Part shown: positions 9,877 through 21,774 of the stretch, piece after piece
Layout: each line of letters starts with the position of its first letter
Position numbering within the stretch: the first letter of the stretch is position 1
From: Opitutia bacterium
GTDB lineage: Bacteria > Verrucomicrobiota > Verrucomicrobiia > Opitutales > T3Sed10-336
Direction: 5' to 3'
NCBI GenBank assembly: GCA_050506795.1
Contig: JBJHCF010000003.1
Location: 64,001 to 128,000, forward strand
DNA length: 64,000 nt
Translations under genes and position numbers: made by a program
Notes under the pieces: generated by a model
What the model saw: only the letters and a program-made list of their open reading frames with translations
Databases searched by the model: none
What the model was told of the DNA's origin: nothing

Positions 9877-11277
9877 TTAGGTTCGCGCGGTTGCGGTCAC
9901 AAGCTTTTCCGCCCGTTCCGCAAGGGAGAATCCGGAACCGATGCAGTCTCCCAGCGACACGCCCTGGCGGACGGTACCGCCGATTAGCAGTCCGGGGTGA
10001 TCGGTTTCGATCTGATCGAACTCCCCCAGCAGGGTGTCGTGATCGAGGGGGTAGTGCGGAATCACGCTTGGCCAGAAGGTATGGCGGAGGGTGCACGGAG
10101 GCCCTTCGACTCCGAGCAATTCGAACAACTCCTTGCGCACCACGTTTTCCAGTTCCACTTCGGGCAGGCGAGCGATGTCCGGTTGCCGGCTCCCGCCCAC
10201 GAACACGGTAAGTGATACATGGTTTTTGGGCGCCCGTCCGGGGAAAAGGGAGGATGAGAAAAGCACCCCCAGGATTTTTCGTTTTTCTTTTTCAGGCACC
10301 AGCATGCCAAAACCGTTCAACGGGTGGCGCACCTGATCCTGGCGGCAGGCGAAAAAAACCACCGCCAGAGGGGGTGCCGGCAGTCGCTTTTCCAGGGAAA
10401 GACGGCTTTCGAAGGATTTGCCGTTCAGCTCGATCCGCTGCAGGGCGCGCGGGGGGAGGGTCAGGACGACGGTGTCGGCGGAAACGGTGTCCGATCGGTC
10501 GCCGGTCTTCACCCGGATCCGCCAATCCTCTCCAGGCCGCGGGTCCAGACCGATGACCCGGGAGTCGGTGCGGATGGCGTTACCCAGGCGTTCCGCGAGC
10601 GCGTCGGGAATCACGCGCAGTCCGTCGGCGAAGGAGAAAATGCCACGCGGTCCTCTGGGTCGATAACGGCGGCCGAATACCCCGGCTCGAATGAGTGACC
10701 CGTGCTCCTGTTCCATGCGGTGCAATCGCGGAAAAGCGTGGCGCAGGGACAGGTCGCCCGGCCGCGCGGCGAAAGTTCCCGCCACGAACGGGTTTACGGC
10801 GTAATCCAGGATCTCGCGTCCGAGGCGACGCTCGACGAATTCGGCCACCGTTTCCCGGGAGTCTCCCGGAGCCTTTCGGATGAACGGTTCGGCCAGCAGG
10901 CGCAGGCGGGCGCGCGGGGAGAAAAACCCGCCGAGGAAAAGGGAGAACGGCGAAAAAGGCAGGGGCCGGGGACGACCGTCCCTCAATATGAAGCGGTTCT
11001 TTGCGGACGTGCCGGCGGCCACCCGCTGGCCGCTCAGGCCCAACGCCTCGATGAGCAGCGCGGTCTCCTCGCGCGTTTCCTGCAAGGTGTTGGGGCCGAG
11101 CTCGGCGAGAAAGCCGTCGATTTCCTCGGTGCGAATGACGCCTCCCGTCTGTGTGTCGGCCTCCAGGAGGGTCACCTCCCGTCCCGCCTCGCGCAACCGC
11201 CAGGCGGCGGTCAGACCGGTGATGCCGCCGCCAACGACCACGACCTTTCCCTTCGATGATTTTATGCCGGTATTCAT
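9877..11277 (-). CDS. hemG: Protoporphyrinogen oxidase (HemG/HemY type)
   Basis: FAD motif VVGGGITGL, ELGPNT, GFGMLVP, LFSSSLFPGRAP, GVSLGDCI. Confidence 0.9.
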   Translation of the reverse strand: MNTGIKSSKGKVVVVGGGITGLTAAWRLREAGREVTLLEADTQTGGVIRTEEIDGFLAELGPNTLQETREETALLIEALGLSGQRVAAGTSAKNRFILRDGRPRPLPFSPFSLFLGGFFSPRARLRLLAEPFIRKAPGDSRETVAEFVERRLGREILDYAVNPFVAGTFAARPGDLSLRHAFPRLHRMEQEHGSLIRAGVFGRRYRPRGPRGIFSFADGLRVIPDALAERLGNAIRTDSRVIGLDPRPGEDWRIRVKTGDRSDTVSADTVVLTLPPRALQRIELNGKSFESRLSLEKRLPAPPLAVVFFACRQDQVRHPLNGFGMLVPEKEKRKILGVLFSSSLFPGRAPKNHVSLTVFVGGSRQPDIARLPEVELENVVRKELFELLGVEGPPCTLRHTFWPSVIPHYPLDHDTLLGEFDQIETDHPGLLIGGTVRQGVSLGDCIGSGFSLAERAEKLVTATART

Positions 11278-11308
11278 GGAAGAATCTTTAACATTTGGGT
11301 TTACCGGT

Positions 11309-13324
<2,016 letters not shown>

Positions 13325-13375
13325 TCGGGCACCCTACGGATTTGCCCGGCGATTGGAAAGACCGGTTTCAGATTC

Positions 13376-15256
13376 CTATTCCACTTCCAGTCGCAGGGCG
13401 TCGTACATGACTCCGGCGTAGGGGAAGTTGTGCGCGATGCCTTCCGGGGGCAGAGAGATGAGTTGCAGGGTGACTGTGTTTTCACCGACCCGGAGTTCGG
13501 AGGCGTCGAAGGGCAGTTCAAAGTGGTAGTAACGGCCGCGAATCGAGCTGCGCGAGGAGCCGCTGTCGTTGGGCATGCGGATTTCTCCCATTGGCGTGCC
13601 GTTGAGCGCGAATTCGACTCCGACCCAGCGCTCCTCGCCGGTGGTCTCCCCGGCGTGCGCGGCGGCGCCGGCTATTGCCACCCGCAGGGTGCCCCGGCCC
13701 TCGAGCGCTTCGTCCAGGTGAAATCGGATTCGCCATTCGGGCAGTCGCCATTCTCCGTGTTCGTCCTGGACCGCGGTGTGCAGGTAATTCCAGTCATAAC
13801 GTTCCTTGTCGCGGCCGATGAGAAAGTCGACGTCGTCGGGGAACTGTTCCGGGTAGCGCAGCCAGAGGCCCCAGTGCCGGTAATCGAAGCCATTGCGAAA
13901 TTCCCGCGCGGTGCGGTCGGGATGACCGATTTGCCACAGGGGCATGCCGTTGAGAGGCGGAGCCCAGGACAGTTCTCCCAGGTCCGTTTCGCGGTCGGCT
14001 TCAACCGTGATTCCGTCATGACGGAACTCGTTGAAAAATCCGTCGGACACCGCCCACAAGGTGTATTCGCCGGGGATGATATTGTGAATGTGAAACGCGC
14101 CGTTGGCGCCCACGCGGGTCCAGAACTGGTAACCGTCCCGGCCCATGGTCTGCCAGTTGGGCTGGCCCTCAGCCGGTGGAGAACTCAGCACCACCAGGGT
14201 GCCCGCCGGAGCGGGGCGACCGTCGATCAATAGGCGTCCGCCCGCTTCGCCGCGGCGGTGCACGAATTCCGGATGTTTGACCCAGGAATAAGGCCACTGG
14301 GCATCGAGTTCCGCCGAGCGGGCATCGGCCTGGGCCTGCATTTCGGCATAGGATGCACCCGTTACCGGGTAAAATGCCCAGGGACCGCCGATCTTGCGCC
14401 AGCCGGCGTCGTCCGGGGTCAGGGTGATCCGTCCGGCGCCGTAGTGTCCGGCCACAAAATGGCGGAGCAGGATGGGAGTCGAAGGGGTCTGATGCACGCT
14501 GAGTTCACGTGCGGAAGGCCCGCCCTGCATGTGCTCGCCGGGATCCTTGAGCACAAAAACCCCGATGTCATCGCCCATCAGGCCGAAGGTCCGCTGTTTA
14601 GACCATTCGTCCATAGTCCAGTCGTATTTGGCGTCCACCGTGCCGTCTGAGATTCGAAAGGTGGCGTCCATCACGACCTCCCCGTCGCGCAGTTCGTGGG
14701 GAGGAGGGAGATAGCCCTGTTTGGCCGGCCCGATCGAGGCGAATCGGAAGATCTCCGGATCCAGACGAAGACCGGTATTGATCTGCTCCAGGACGGCGCC
14801 GTCGCCCTCTCCGCCGTACTCGACGACGAAATAATTGTAGATCGCCGGATCCTCCGCCCGCACCAGCCAGTGGTGGTGAATCAAAATGCCGTTGCTGATT
14901 TCGCGCACGAAGGCGACGTCCACCAGATCATCGGATCGCTGGTGTATGACGCGCTCCACCGGACGAACCATGGCGCTTCCGCCGGGCAGGTGCCGGTTGA
15001 CGTAGACCTGGATAAATCCGACCCCGCCGTTGTCCAGCATCTCCCGGTCTTCGAAGGTCCAGGACACCAGGCGGTGACGTTCAAAATCGAAAACCGCTTC
15101 GATGCGGTCGTTGGCGATCACCCAGCGATCCTCCAGTTCCGTCAGGGTGACCGTATCGGCGGAGGCGTTTGCGCCGAACGAAAGCAGAAGCAACCGGGCG
15201 AGAGCGGCGTAGCCGAAGCTGAACGCCTGCCTTTGAGTGGTGTGGAATACGTTCAT
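13376..15256 (-). CDS. Secreted rhamnogalacturonan lyase, polysaccharide lyase family 4-like
   Basis: Signal peptide; DAKYDW, GHYGAG, YQFWTRVGANGAFHIHNIIPGEYTLWA, LWQIGHPDRTAREF, DWNYLH, VMYDALRLE. Confidence 0.82.
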   Translation of the reverse strand: MNVFHTTQRQAFSFGYAALARLLLLSFGANASADTVTLTELEDRWVIANDRIEAVFDFERHRLVSWTFEDREMLDNGGVGFIQVYVNRHLPGGSAMVRPVERVIHQRSDDLVDVAFVREISNGILIHHHWLVRAEDPAIYNYFVVEYGGEGDGAVLEQINTGLRLDPEIFRFASIGPAKQGYLPPPHELRDGEVVMDATFRISDGTVDAKYDWTMDEWSKQRTFGLMGDDIGVFVLKDPGEHMQGGPSARELSVHQTPSTPILLRHFVAGHYGAGRITLTPDDAGWRKIGGPWAFYPVTGASYAEMQAQADARSAELDAQWPYSWVKHPEFVHRRGEAGGRLLIDGRPAPAGTLVVLSSPPAEGQPNWQTMGRDGYQFWTRVGANGAFHIHNIIPGEYTLWAVSDGFFNEFRHDGITVEADRETDLGELSWAPPLNGMPLWQIGHPDRTAREFRNGFDYRHWGLWLRYPEQFPDDVDFLIGRDKERYDWNYLHTAVQDEHGEWRLPEWRIRFHLDEALEGRGTLRVAIAGAAAHAGETTGEERWVGVEFALNGTPMGEIRMPNDSGSSRSSIRGRYYHFELPFDASELRVGENTVTLQLISLPPEGIAHNFPYAGVMYDALRLEVE

Positions 15257-15501
15257 TGTAGCGTGGACGGCAGATTTGCCTCAACGTACGGACCGACCCG
15301 AATCCCGGGCAAACGAAATCCCGGCAGGAAGGAACGAAATGTTCCGCAAATCTTTGCAGTACGCGCTGGCACCCCGTATCGCGAACAACGGGATCGCAAG
15401 GGGCCGGTCCTGTCAAAGCCGGTGGCACGGGCAGCAACATCCCGAAGAAGATTGCGCCGACGTCATCGGACGTCGGATATCCTGATCCCGGATGGGTCCG
15501 G

Positions 15502-15576
15502 TCAGGCGCCCCACATCATTTGGCAAACAATGGCCAGCACCACAAACAGAAAGAAAATGCGAAGTTCACCTCTCAT
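15502..15576 (-). CDS. Candidate 24-aa hydrophobic small protein MRGELRIFFLFVVLAIVCQMMWGA
   Basis: ATG...TGA ORF read manually, below the ORF-track cutoff; a single TM-like stretch. Confidence 0.35.
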   Translation of the reverse strand: MRGELRIFFLFVVLAIVCQMMWGA

Positions 15577-16159
15577 GGTCTCGGGATCATACCCCGGTCT
15601 CTCAACTTTGCCCATCAGGGTAACCCCAGGCGTCGTTAAGTAAATGGTTGGGGTCCCTGCGTAATGGAAGCCCCGATGGATCTGGCGAAATTTGAGTCCG
15701 TGAGATCCATCGGGTAAAACGACGGATATCGAGAGTGCGGTGAAATCCTGGAATCCTATCCCGATGGATATAGGCGGTTTATATCGGCGAGGTAGAAACC
15801 TATGCGGGGAAATTTACAATGTTTGACATTAACTGGTTTGGATGCAGAAAAACACATAAAATTGTCGTAAAAATACAAGATTTGGTTATAGATTTTGTGT
15901 ATCTTTACCTAAGATATAAAAAATCCCATGTCTCCCATTCCCAATCTGTGGATTTTGGCTGTTTCCGAAACTGACGACCAACTGAAGTCGTCCCCTTTGT
16001 TACACTTTTTAGTCTCTTAATCAGTGTGCCTTGTTGCGTGGTATTCCGCCGTTTCGGCTGCGGGATGCCTTGCGATAGTGAATCCTGATTTCCCGATCTC
16101 TGATGTCCAACTCAGCATCGAAACACAACACCAACAAAAACCTACTACCTGTACCTGAT

Positions 16160-19100
16160 ATGACACCAAAGCTAAGATCGCTTAAAAAAGGTGTGTTGGC
16201 CGGGCTGGTCGCGGCGGTATTTATTCCCGCCGTGTCCCTCTCCGCCAACACCGTTGCCCATTACCGATTTGAAGAGGGCAGTGCCGGCGCCGCGGCGACG
16301 GGCGCCGTGGATTCGTCTGGAAACGGCTACAACCTCGGCGTCCTCGTAGCCGGCGAGAATTCGCCGGTGTACAGCTCCGATGTGCCGGAATCGCCGCTTC
16401 CCCGAACGGGACAGGCCAACACCCTATCGGCGGATGTCTCCACCGGAAACGTGGCCTTCCAGGGAGTCGACGGTGAGGGCCTCAGCAACGTGGTCTTCGA
16501 CGATTTCACCATCGAACTCTACGTCAAGTTCAACGCCGTCGGCGGTTGGCAGACCATCATCGGCCGTGACGACCGGAACAATCAGACCAACGACAACCAC
16601 GCGATATTCTATCTGCAAAGGAGAGATGACTCCGGGAATTTCGGTGTGTCCTGGGTGGACCGCAATGGTGCGGTGGTGGCGCCGGGTCTCCAAGGCGTTA
16701 ACGTTCAACCGAATACCTGGTACCACGTCGCGGTTGTCGCGGATCTCGCGGGCGAAACAATTGCGCTCTATATCGACGGCATTGAAGTGGACCGCAACAA
16801 CAACTTTGCCGGCCTTTTCACTCCCACCGGCGTCAACCCGCACTGGAATATCGGGCGCGGGCAATGGGCAGGCAATCCGGGTGACTGGGTCAACGGGCTG
16901 ATCGACGAAGTGCGATTCAGCAGCGTGGCTTTGTCGCCTTCGGACTTCCTGAATTTCGCCGGTGACCGGATCGAGATTGTCCAGGAGCCATCGGATGTGA
17001 TCGCCTGGGCGGGACAAAATGTCAGCTTCAGCGTGAACGCCCTTTTGATCGGTGACGGCGAGCTCAGTTACCAGTGGCAAGTCTCCAGTGACGATGGAAA
17101 TACATTCGAGCCCGTCGCTGGCGGAACGGCCGCCACCCTGACCTTGAACTCTGTTTCGGCCGCCCTGGATCGCAACCTGTACCGAGTTGAGGTCTCATCC
17201 AGTGAAATTAGTGAGTTCGCCGGACCTGCGCTTCTGCGGGTAGGAGATGCCACGCCGCCGTCGCAGCCTGCGGGGGTGGTGGCGTACTACCGGTTCGAGG
17301 AAGGCGCCAATGGGGCGGTGGCCACCGGGGCACAGGATTCTTCCGGTAATAATCATCATATGACGTCAGTGAACGGCAGCCCGACCTTTACCTCGGACGG
17401 AGCGGTTTCGCCGCTGCCGCAAACGAGGGCGACCAACAATCTGGCCATGGACTTCCGAGGTGGGAACTTCGCGGTGCAGGGTACCGATGGGGACTCTCTG
17501 AGCCAGGTCGTGTTTGACGATTTCACCATCGAAGTATTCGTCAACTTCGCGGCCGTAGGCGGTTGGCAGACCATGGTGGGCCGTGATGACCGCGGCCGGC
17601 AGTGGGATAACAACCAATCGTTGCTGTATTTCTCGAACAGCGGTGGTGGCACTTCGCAGCCTGACGGCACCCCAAGCCCGGCGAACACCTTCCGCATAGA
17701 AGTGTTCACCAACCAGAACCAGATGATCGCGGCGAACAGTGGATTCGTGATTCAGCCGAACACCTGGTATCACGTGGCGGCGATCGGTGATTCCCAGGCC
17801 GGAACCTTGTCCCTGTATGTGGATGGAGCCCTGGTGAGCCAACAAACCGGATTCACCGGACTCTTCCAACCCAACCCGGCCACCCGCTGGAGCATTGGTC
17901 GCGGTCAGTGGGGTGGGAACGACGCGGTCGGTGCTGCCGACACGGATTATGTAAACGGTCGCATCGACGAGGTCCGTTTCAGCAATGTCGCGCTTGCGCC
18001 GACCGAGTTGCTCGGATTCCATACGGCGGTCATCAATTATGCGGTGCAACCGCAGGATGTCACCGCGGCGGTGGGTGACGATGTCACCTTCACCGCGCTG
18101 GCCGGCGGCGGCGGCACCGGTCCATTGACCTACCAGTGGCAAGTCTTGCCCAATGGAGCCTCTAACTGGGAAAATGTTTCCGGGGCCACCGATGCCAGCC
18201 TGACGCTCACTTCGGTGCAAATGGCCGATCACCTTAGTCAGTACCGGGTTGTCGCCTCCCGCGACGGCAATAGCGAGCCCAGTAATGCGGCGCTCCTGAG
18301 TGTTCCCGACTATCCGCCGCCCAATGTGGTGCAAGGGATTAACCCGGCGCCGCTCCTGTTTGCCGGCGACCCGCTTGTCTACTCGGTCGAAGTGACCGGT
18401 TTGGGAAATATCACTTACCAGTGGCAACGGGATGGAGTGGATATCGAGGGCGCCACGTCCAACAGCCTGGATCTTGGGGTTCTCTCGATCGAGGATTCCG
18501 GGATCTATTCGGTGATTATTACGGACGATGCCGCCGCCGGCGAGGGTCTCGATCCGACCACAGTGACGCTGACCTCGCGCCTAATGGTGCTTACCCACTC
18601 CAAGGGAGCCATCAGCCTCAATTTCGTGGGCGCGGCCACGGATACGACCTGGAATGTGGATATCGGCCCGCTAAACCCGAATCATGTGGCCGGGGTGGTT
18701 CCGGTGGCCAACTGGAACAATTCCTCGACGGTTCATGGGGTGGCCAATCAGACCACACCGTTTCCGCTGGTGAATGATGTCGGCGACAGCACCACGGCCA
18801 CCGCGACCTGGGCTTCCGGCAACACTTGGGCATCCCGCGTTAATGCGGGGGGAGTGCTCGCCGCCAAGGATCCGAATCAGCGGATTTTCCACGGCTATAT
18901 CGAAGGCCGTGGTGGTTCTTCGGTCACAGTCCAGAACATTCCGTACGCCACCTACGACGTCTACGTCTACCCGATGGGGGTGGAAGGCCCGGTGGACGGG
19001 GGCTTCGTGCGCAGCGTGACGCTCCAGGGCGGCAACGGTGATCAGCAACTGTTCGGGCGGAATCTTTCGGGGAATCCCACCCTGGCGGAGATACCGTTCG

Positions 19101-20653
19101 TCCTGGCCCATGCCGCTTCGATCGAAGAGGCCCAGGCCAGCGCCGCTCCGACGGTGTTTCGCTTCTCCAACGTGAGCGGTTCCTCGTTCACGGTGGATCA
19201 CCAGGACGAAATCGACTGGAACCTCGGAGGGATTGCCGGTATCTCGATCGTCAATACGACCCCTGCGGCTCCGGTTCGTCCGTTGTTGACCTCGCGTCCT
19301 TCCGGCCGTTTCGTGCCGGCGGGTACCGATGTTCAGCTCTCGGTGACCGCCCGGGCGATGAACAATGGTTCCCTGTCCTATCAGTGGCAGAGAAACGGCG
19401 CCAACATCGGCGGGGCGACCGGGGCTTCCTTGACCCTGTCGAACGTGACCTCGGCGGATACCGGTAATTACACGGTGATCGTCACGGAAGGCTCGATCAA
19501 TAATAAGGCCACGGTTCCGGTCGTGGTGGTCGATGACAACCGGCGGGCCCTGCTGAGTGTGGATGTCAATGTGGGCACCCACCCCTGGATGCAGGGTCAC
19601 GGGCGTCTGCGGACCACCGGCCTGGTGCCCTTCGTTTATCCGGCGAATGAAACGGACAACCCGATGGAAATCGGACGGGGCGACACCATCTGGAATCGCT
19701 TCTGGGGCCGCAGCGGCACCTTCACCTATGGCGACTTCGTGGACTCGGAAGGCCGGCCGCTGCAGGGAGTGACCTTCACGGTGGCCGGCGCCAATGGCGC
19801 GGGTAACGTGGCCAGCGGAGGGGGACTGGAATCGTTGGCGGAAACGGCGCCCGAGTTCTACTCGGCTCCGTTGCTGCGAGATTACGTCTTCGCCAACGAC
19901 GCCAATACCATGACGCTGACCCTGGGTGGCTTGCAGGCCTTTGCCGGGCGTGATCTCGATCTGGTGGTTTATGCGCTCGGCCCATTGAGCAACTTCGATT
20001 TCGCCCACGATGCGGACGATATCGCAACCGTGACTCTGGCCGAGGTGAATAACCACTTGGTGCTCGCGCCGGTGGTTACGGAAACCGCGGACGAAGGTCG
20101 CGAACTGCGGTGGAACGATGAAGCCATCGCTTCCTTCCAGGCTCGGGTGGCCGCCAACGGCACTGTATCCTGGACCGTTGGTCAGGTGCCGGACAGGCCG
20201 GGAATCAACGCGATGAACGGCTTCCAGGTCCTCTTCTCCGACCAGGGTGAGCCGATCGACCCGCCGGAATCCGGAATCGCGGATTGGCGTCAGGAAAACT
20301 TCGGTTCGCCGGAAAACTCCGGTCCGGGGGCCAATGATGCCGAGTTCACCGGTGACGGATTCAAGAACCTGGTGAAATACGCACTGGGCGCGGATCCCAC
20401 GGTTGCCGGCTCGGCTCACGGCTTGATCGACGTTGGACAGCAAGGGGACTTCCTGACCCTGACCTTCAGCCACATCGATGATCCCAACCTGGTGTTCTTC
20501 ATCCTGGCCACCAATAATCTGAACGACGGCTTCCAGGTGGTGCACACCTTCCCGCCGTTCAACTCGGTCGGTGAAGCAACCTACACGGACACTGTGCCGA
20601 TCAGTTCGGGTGCCCAACGGTTTATTCGTCTGGGTGTCAGCATCAACGAGTAG
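16160..20653 (+). CDS. Giant secreted protein: 2x LamG-like jellyroll, ~4 Ig-like domains, shared C-terminal domain
   Basis: Signal peptide from ATG 16160 (MTPKLRSLKKGVLAGLVAAVFIPAVSLSA); duplicated VAHYRFEEG...FTIE...IDEVRFS modules; repeated LSYQWQ...GAT...LTL Ig motifs. Confidence 0.88.
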   Translation: MTPKLRSLKKGVLAGLVAAVFIPAVSLSANTVAHYRFEEGSAGAAATGAVDSSGNGYNLGVLVAGENSPVYSSDVPESPLPRTGQANTLSADVSTGNVAFQGVDGEGLSNVVFDDFTIELYVKFNAVGGWQTIIGRDDRNNQTNDNHAIFYLQRRDDSGNFGVSWVDRNGAVVAPGLQGVNVQPNTWYHVAVVADLAGETIALYIDGIEVDRNNNFAGLFTPTGVNPHWNIGRGQWAGNPGDWVNGLIDEVRFSSVALSPSDFLNFAGDRIEIVQEPSDVIAWAGQNVSFSVNALLIGDGELSYQWQVSSDDGNTFEPVAGGTAATLTLNSVSAALDRNLYRVEVSSSEISEFAGPALLRVGDATPPSQPAGVVAYYRFEEGANGAVATGAQDSSGNNHHMTSVNGSPTFTSDGAVSPLPQTRATNNLAMDFRGGNFAVQGTDGDSLSQVVFDDFTIEVFVNFAAVGGWQTMVGRDDRGRQWDNNQSLLYFSNSGGGTSQPDGTPSPANTFRIEVFTNQNQMIAANSGFVIQPNTWYHVAAIGDSQAGTLSLYVDGALVSQQTGFTGLFQPNPATRWSIGRGQWGGNDAVGAADTDYVNGRIDEVRFSNVALAPTELLGFHTAVINYAVQPQDVTAAVGDDVTFTALAGGGGTGPLTYQWQVLPNGASNWENVSGATDASLTLTSVQMADHLSQYRVVASRDGNSEPSNAALLSVPDYPPPNVVQGINPAPLLFAGDPLVYSVEVTGLGNITYQWQRDGVDIEGATSNSLDLGVLSIEDSGIYSVIITDDAAAGEGLDPTTVTLTSRLMVLTHSKGAISLNFVGAATDTTWNVDIGPLNPNHVAGVVPVANWNNSSTVHGVANQTTPFPLVNDVGDSTTATATWASGNTWASRVNAGGVLAAKDPNQRIFHGYIEGRGGSSVTVQNIPYATYDVYVYPMGVEGPVDGGFVRSVTLQGGNGDQQLFGRNLSGNPTLAEIPFVLAHAASIEEAQASAAPTVFRFSNVSGSSFTVDHQDEIDWNLGGIAGISIVNTTPAAPVRPLLTSRPSGRFVPAGTDVQLSVTARAMNNGSLSYQWQRNGANIGGATGASLTLSNVTSADTGNYTVIVTEGSINNKATVPVVVVDDNRRALLSVDVNVGTHPWMQGHGRLRTTGLVPFVYPANETDNPMEIGRGDTIWNRFWGRSGTFTYGDFVDSEGRPLQGVTFTVAGANGAGNVASGGGLESLAETAPEFYSAPLLRDYVFANDANTMTLTLGGLQAFAGRDLDLVVYALGPLSNFDFAHDADDIATVTLAEVNNHLVLAPVVTETADEGRELRWNDEAIASFQARVAANGTVSWTVGQVPDRPGINAMNGFQVLFSDQGEPIDPPESGIADWRQENFGSPENSGPGANDAEFTGDGFKNLVKYALGADPTVAGSAHGLIDVGQQGDFLTLTFSHIDDPNLVFFILATNNLNDGFQVVHTFPPFNSVGEATYTDTVPISSGAQRFIRLGVSINE

Positions 20654-20689
20654 CCTGAAATCGGGCTGCCGTTAGCCTGAAAAGTTAAC

Positions 20690-20726
20690 AGCCGCCGGCT
20701 CGGATCTCCGGGTCGGCGGCTTTTTT
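20690..20726 (+). terminator. Rho-independent terminator
   Basis: agccgccggctcgga-tc-tccgggtcggcggct followed by a T-run. Confidence 0.85.
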
Positions 20727-20808
20727 GTGCGCTGCCGGATGGGGGTGGGACAAGGCTTTCTTAATATGCGTTTGCCTTTTTCCTCAGGTCACTGAGTGTT
20801 GAAAGTGT

Positions 20809-21294
20809 ATGAGTGTTTCCTCTCCCGAGCCAATTGAGATTAACGGTGAGAAGCTGCGATTTGCCATCGTGGCTGCCCGCTACAACCAGGACCTGGTGGA
20901 TCACCTGCTGGAAAAGGTGGTTTCGGCGCTGTCCGCCGCGGGAGTTCCCGAAGCTGGAATCGAGGTTCTAAGGGTGCCGGGATCGAACGAAGTGCCCTAT
21001 GCCCTTCAACTGCAGGCGGAAACCGGCCGTTTTGATTGCTGTGTGGCGCTGGGAGTGTTGATCAAAGGGGCGACGGCGCACTACCACCTGGTAGGTCAAA
21101 GCGTCAGCGACGCTCTCCAGATGGTGTCATTGAACACCGGCATACCCGCGATTAATGGAGTCGTAGTGGCCGACAGCCGGGTGCAGGCGGAGGAGCGTAT
21201 CCGCGGGACTTTCGACCGGGGGGCTGAATTCGCTCAGGCCGCCCTGGAGATGGCCGAGCTCAAGAAGAGCCGGGAGGTCGAGGATCATGAGTAG
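20809..21294 (+). CDS. ribH: 6,7-dimethyl-8-ribityllumazine synthase
   Basis: IVAARYN, VPGSNEVP, ALGVLIKGATAHY; adjacent to nusB. Confidence 0.93.
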   Translation: MSVSSPEPIEINGEKLRFAIVAARYNQDLVDHLLEKVVSALSAAGVPEAGIEVLRVPGSNEVPYALQLQAETGRFDCCVALGVLIKGATAHYHLVGQSVSDALQMVSLNTGIPAINGVVVADSRVQAEERIRGTFDRGAEFAQAALEMAELKKSREVEDHE

Positions 21295-21730
21295 CCGCTC
21301 TCGCCGAAGGGAAAACCGTATCGCTGCGGTGCAGTACCTTTACTCCTGGGACATTAACCGGCCGGAGGATTTGCATGAGAGTGTGCGGGGTTTTTTCGCC
21401 AACAAGGAAGAGCCGCGCGACTATTACAGTTTCGGCGAGGAATTGCTCTACGGGGTTCTCGAGAACCGCGAAGACGTGGATTCCGAAATCCGGGGCCTGG
21501 CCAAAAACTGGGATTTCAATCGCATCGCAAAAATCGATCTGGCGATTCTTCGCCTGGCGATTTACGAGCTGCTTTTTCGGCGGGATATTCCCCCGGTCGT
21601 GTCGATCAACGAGGCGATTGAAATCGGAAAGCTCTTCTCCAACGAGGATGCCAAACGTTTTATCAACGGCATCCTGGACAAAATGAAGGATAAGCTGAAT
21701 CGTCCGCTGCGGGAGGCGGCGCTGGACTGA
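21287..21730 (+). CDS. nusB: Transcription antitermination factor NusB
   Basis: RRRENRIAAVQYLY, IDLAILRLAIYEL, VSINEAIEIGK, FINGILD. Confidence 0.95.
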   Translation: MSSRSRRRENRIAAVQYLYSWDINRPEDLHESVRGFFANKEEPRDYYSFGEELLYGVLENREDVDSEIRGLAKNWDFNRIAKIDLAILRLAIYELLFRRDIPPVVSINEAIEIGKLFSNEDAKRFINGILDKMKDKLNRPLREAALD

Positions 21731-21774
21731 TTCCAGGGTTGCCTGGCGGGGGTTGATTTCGGCAGAGGTTTTTC

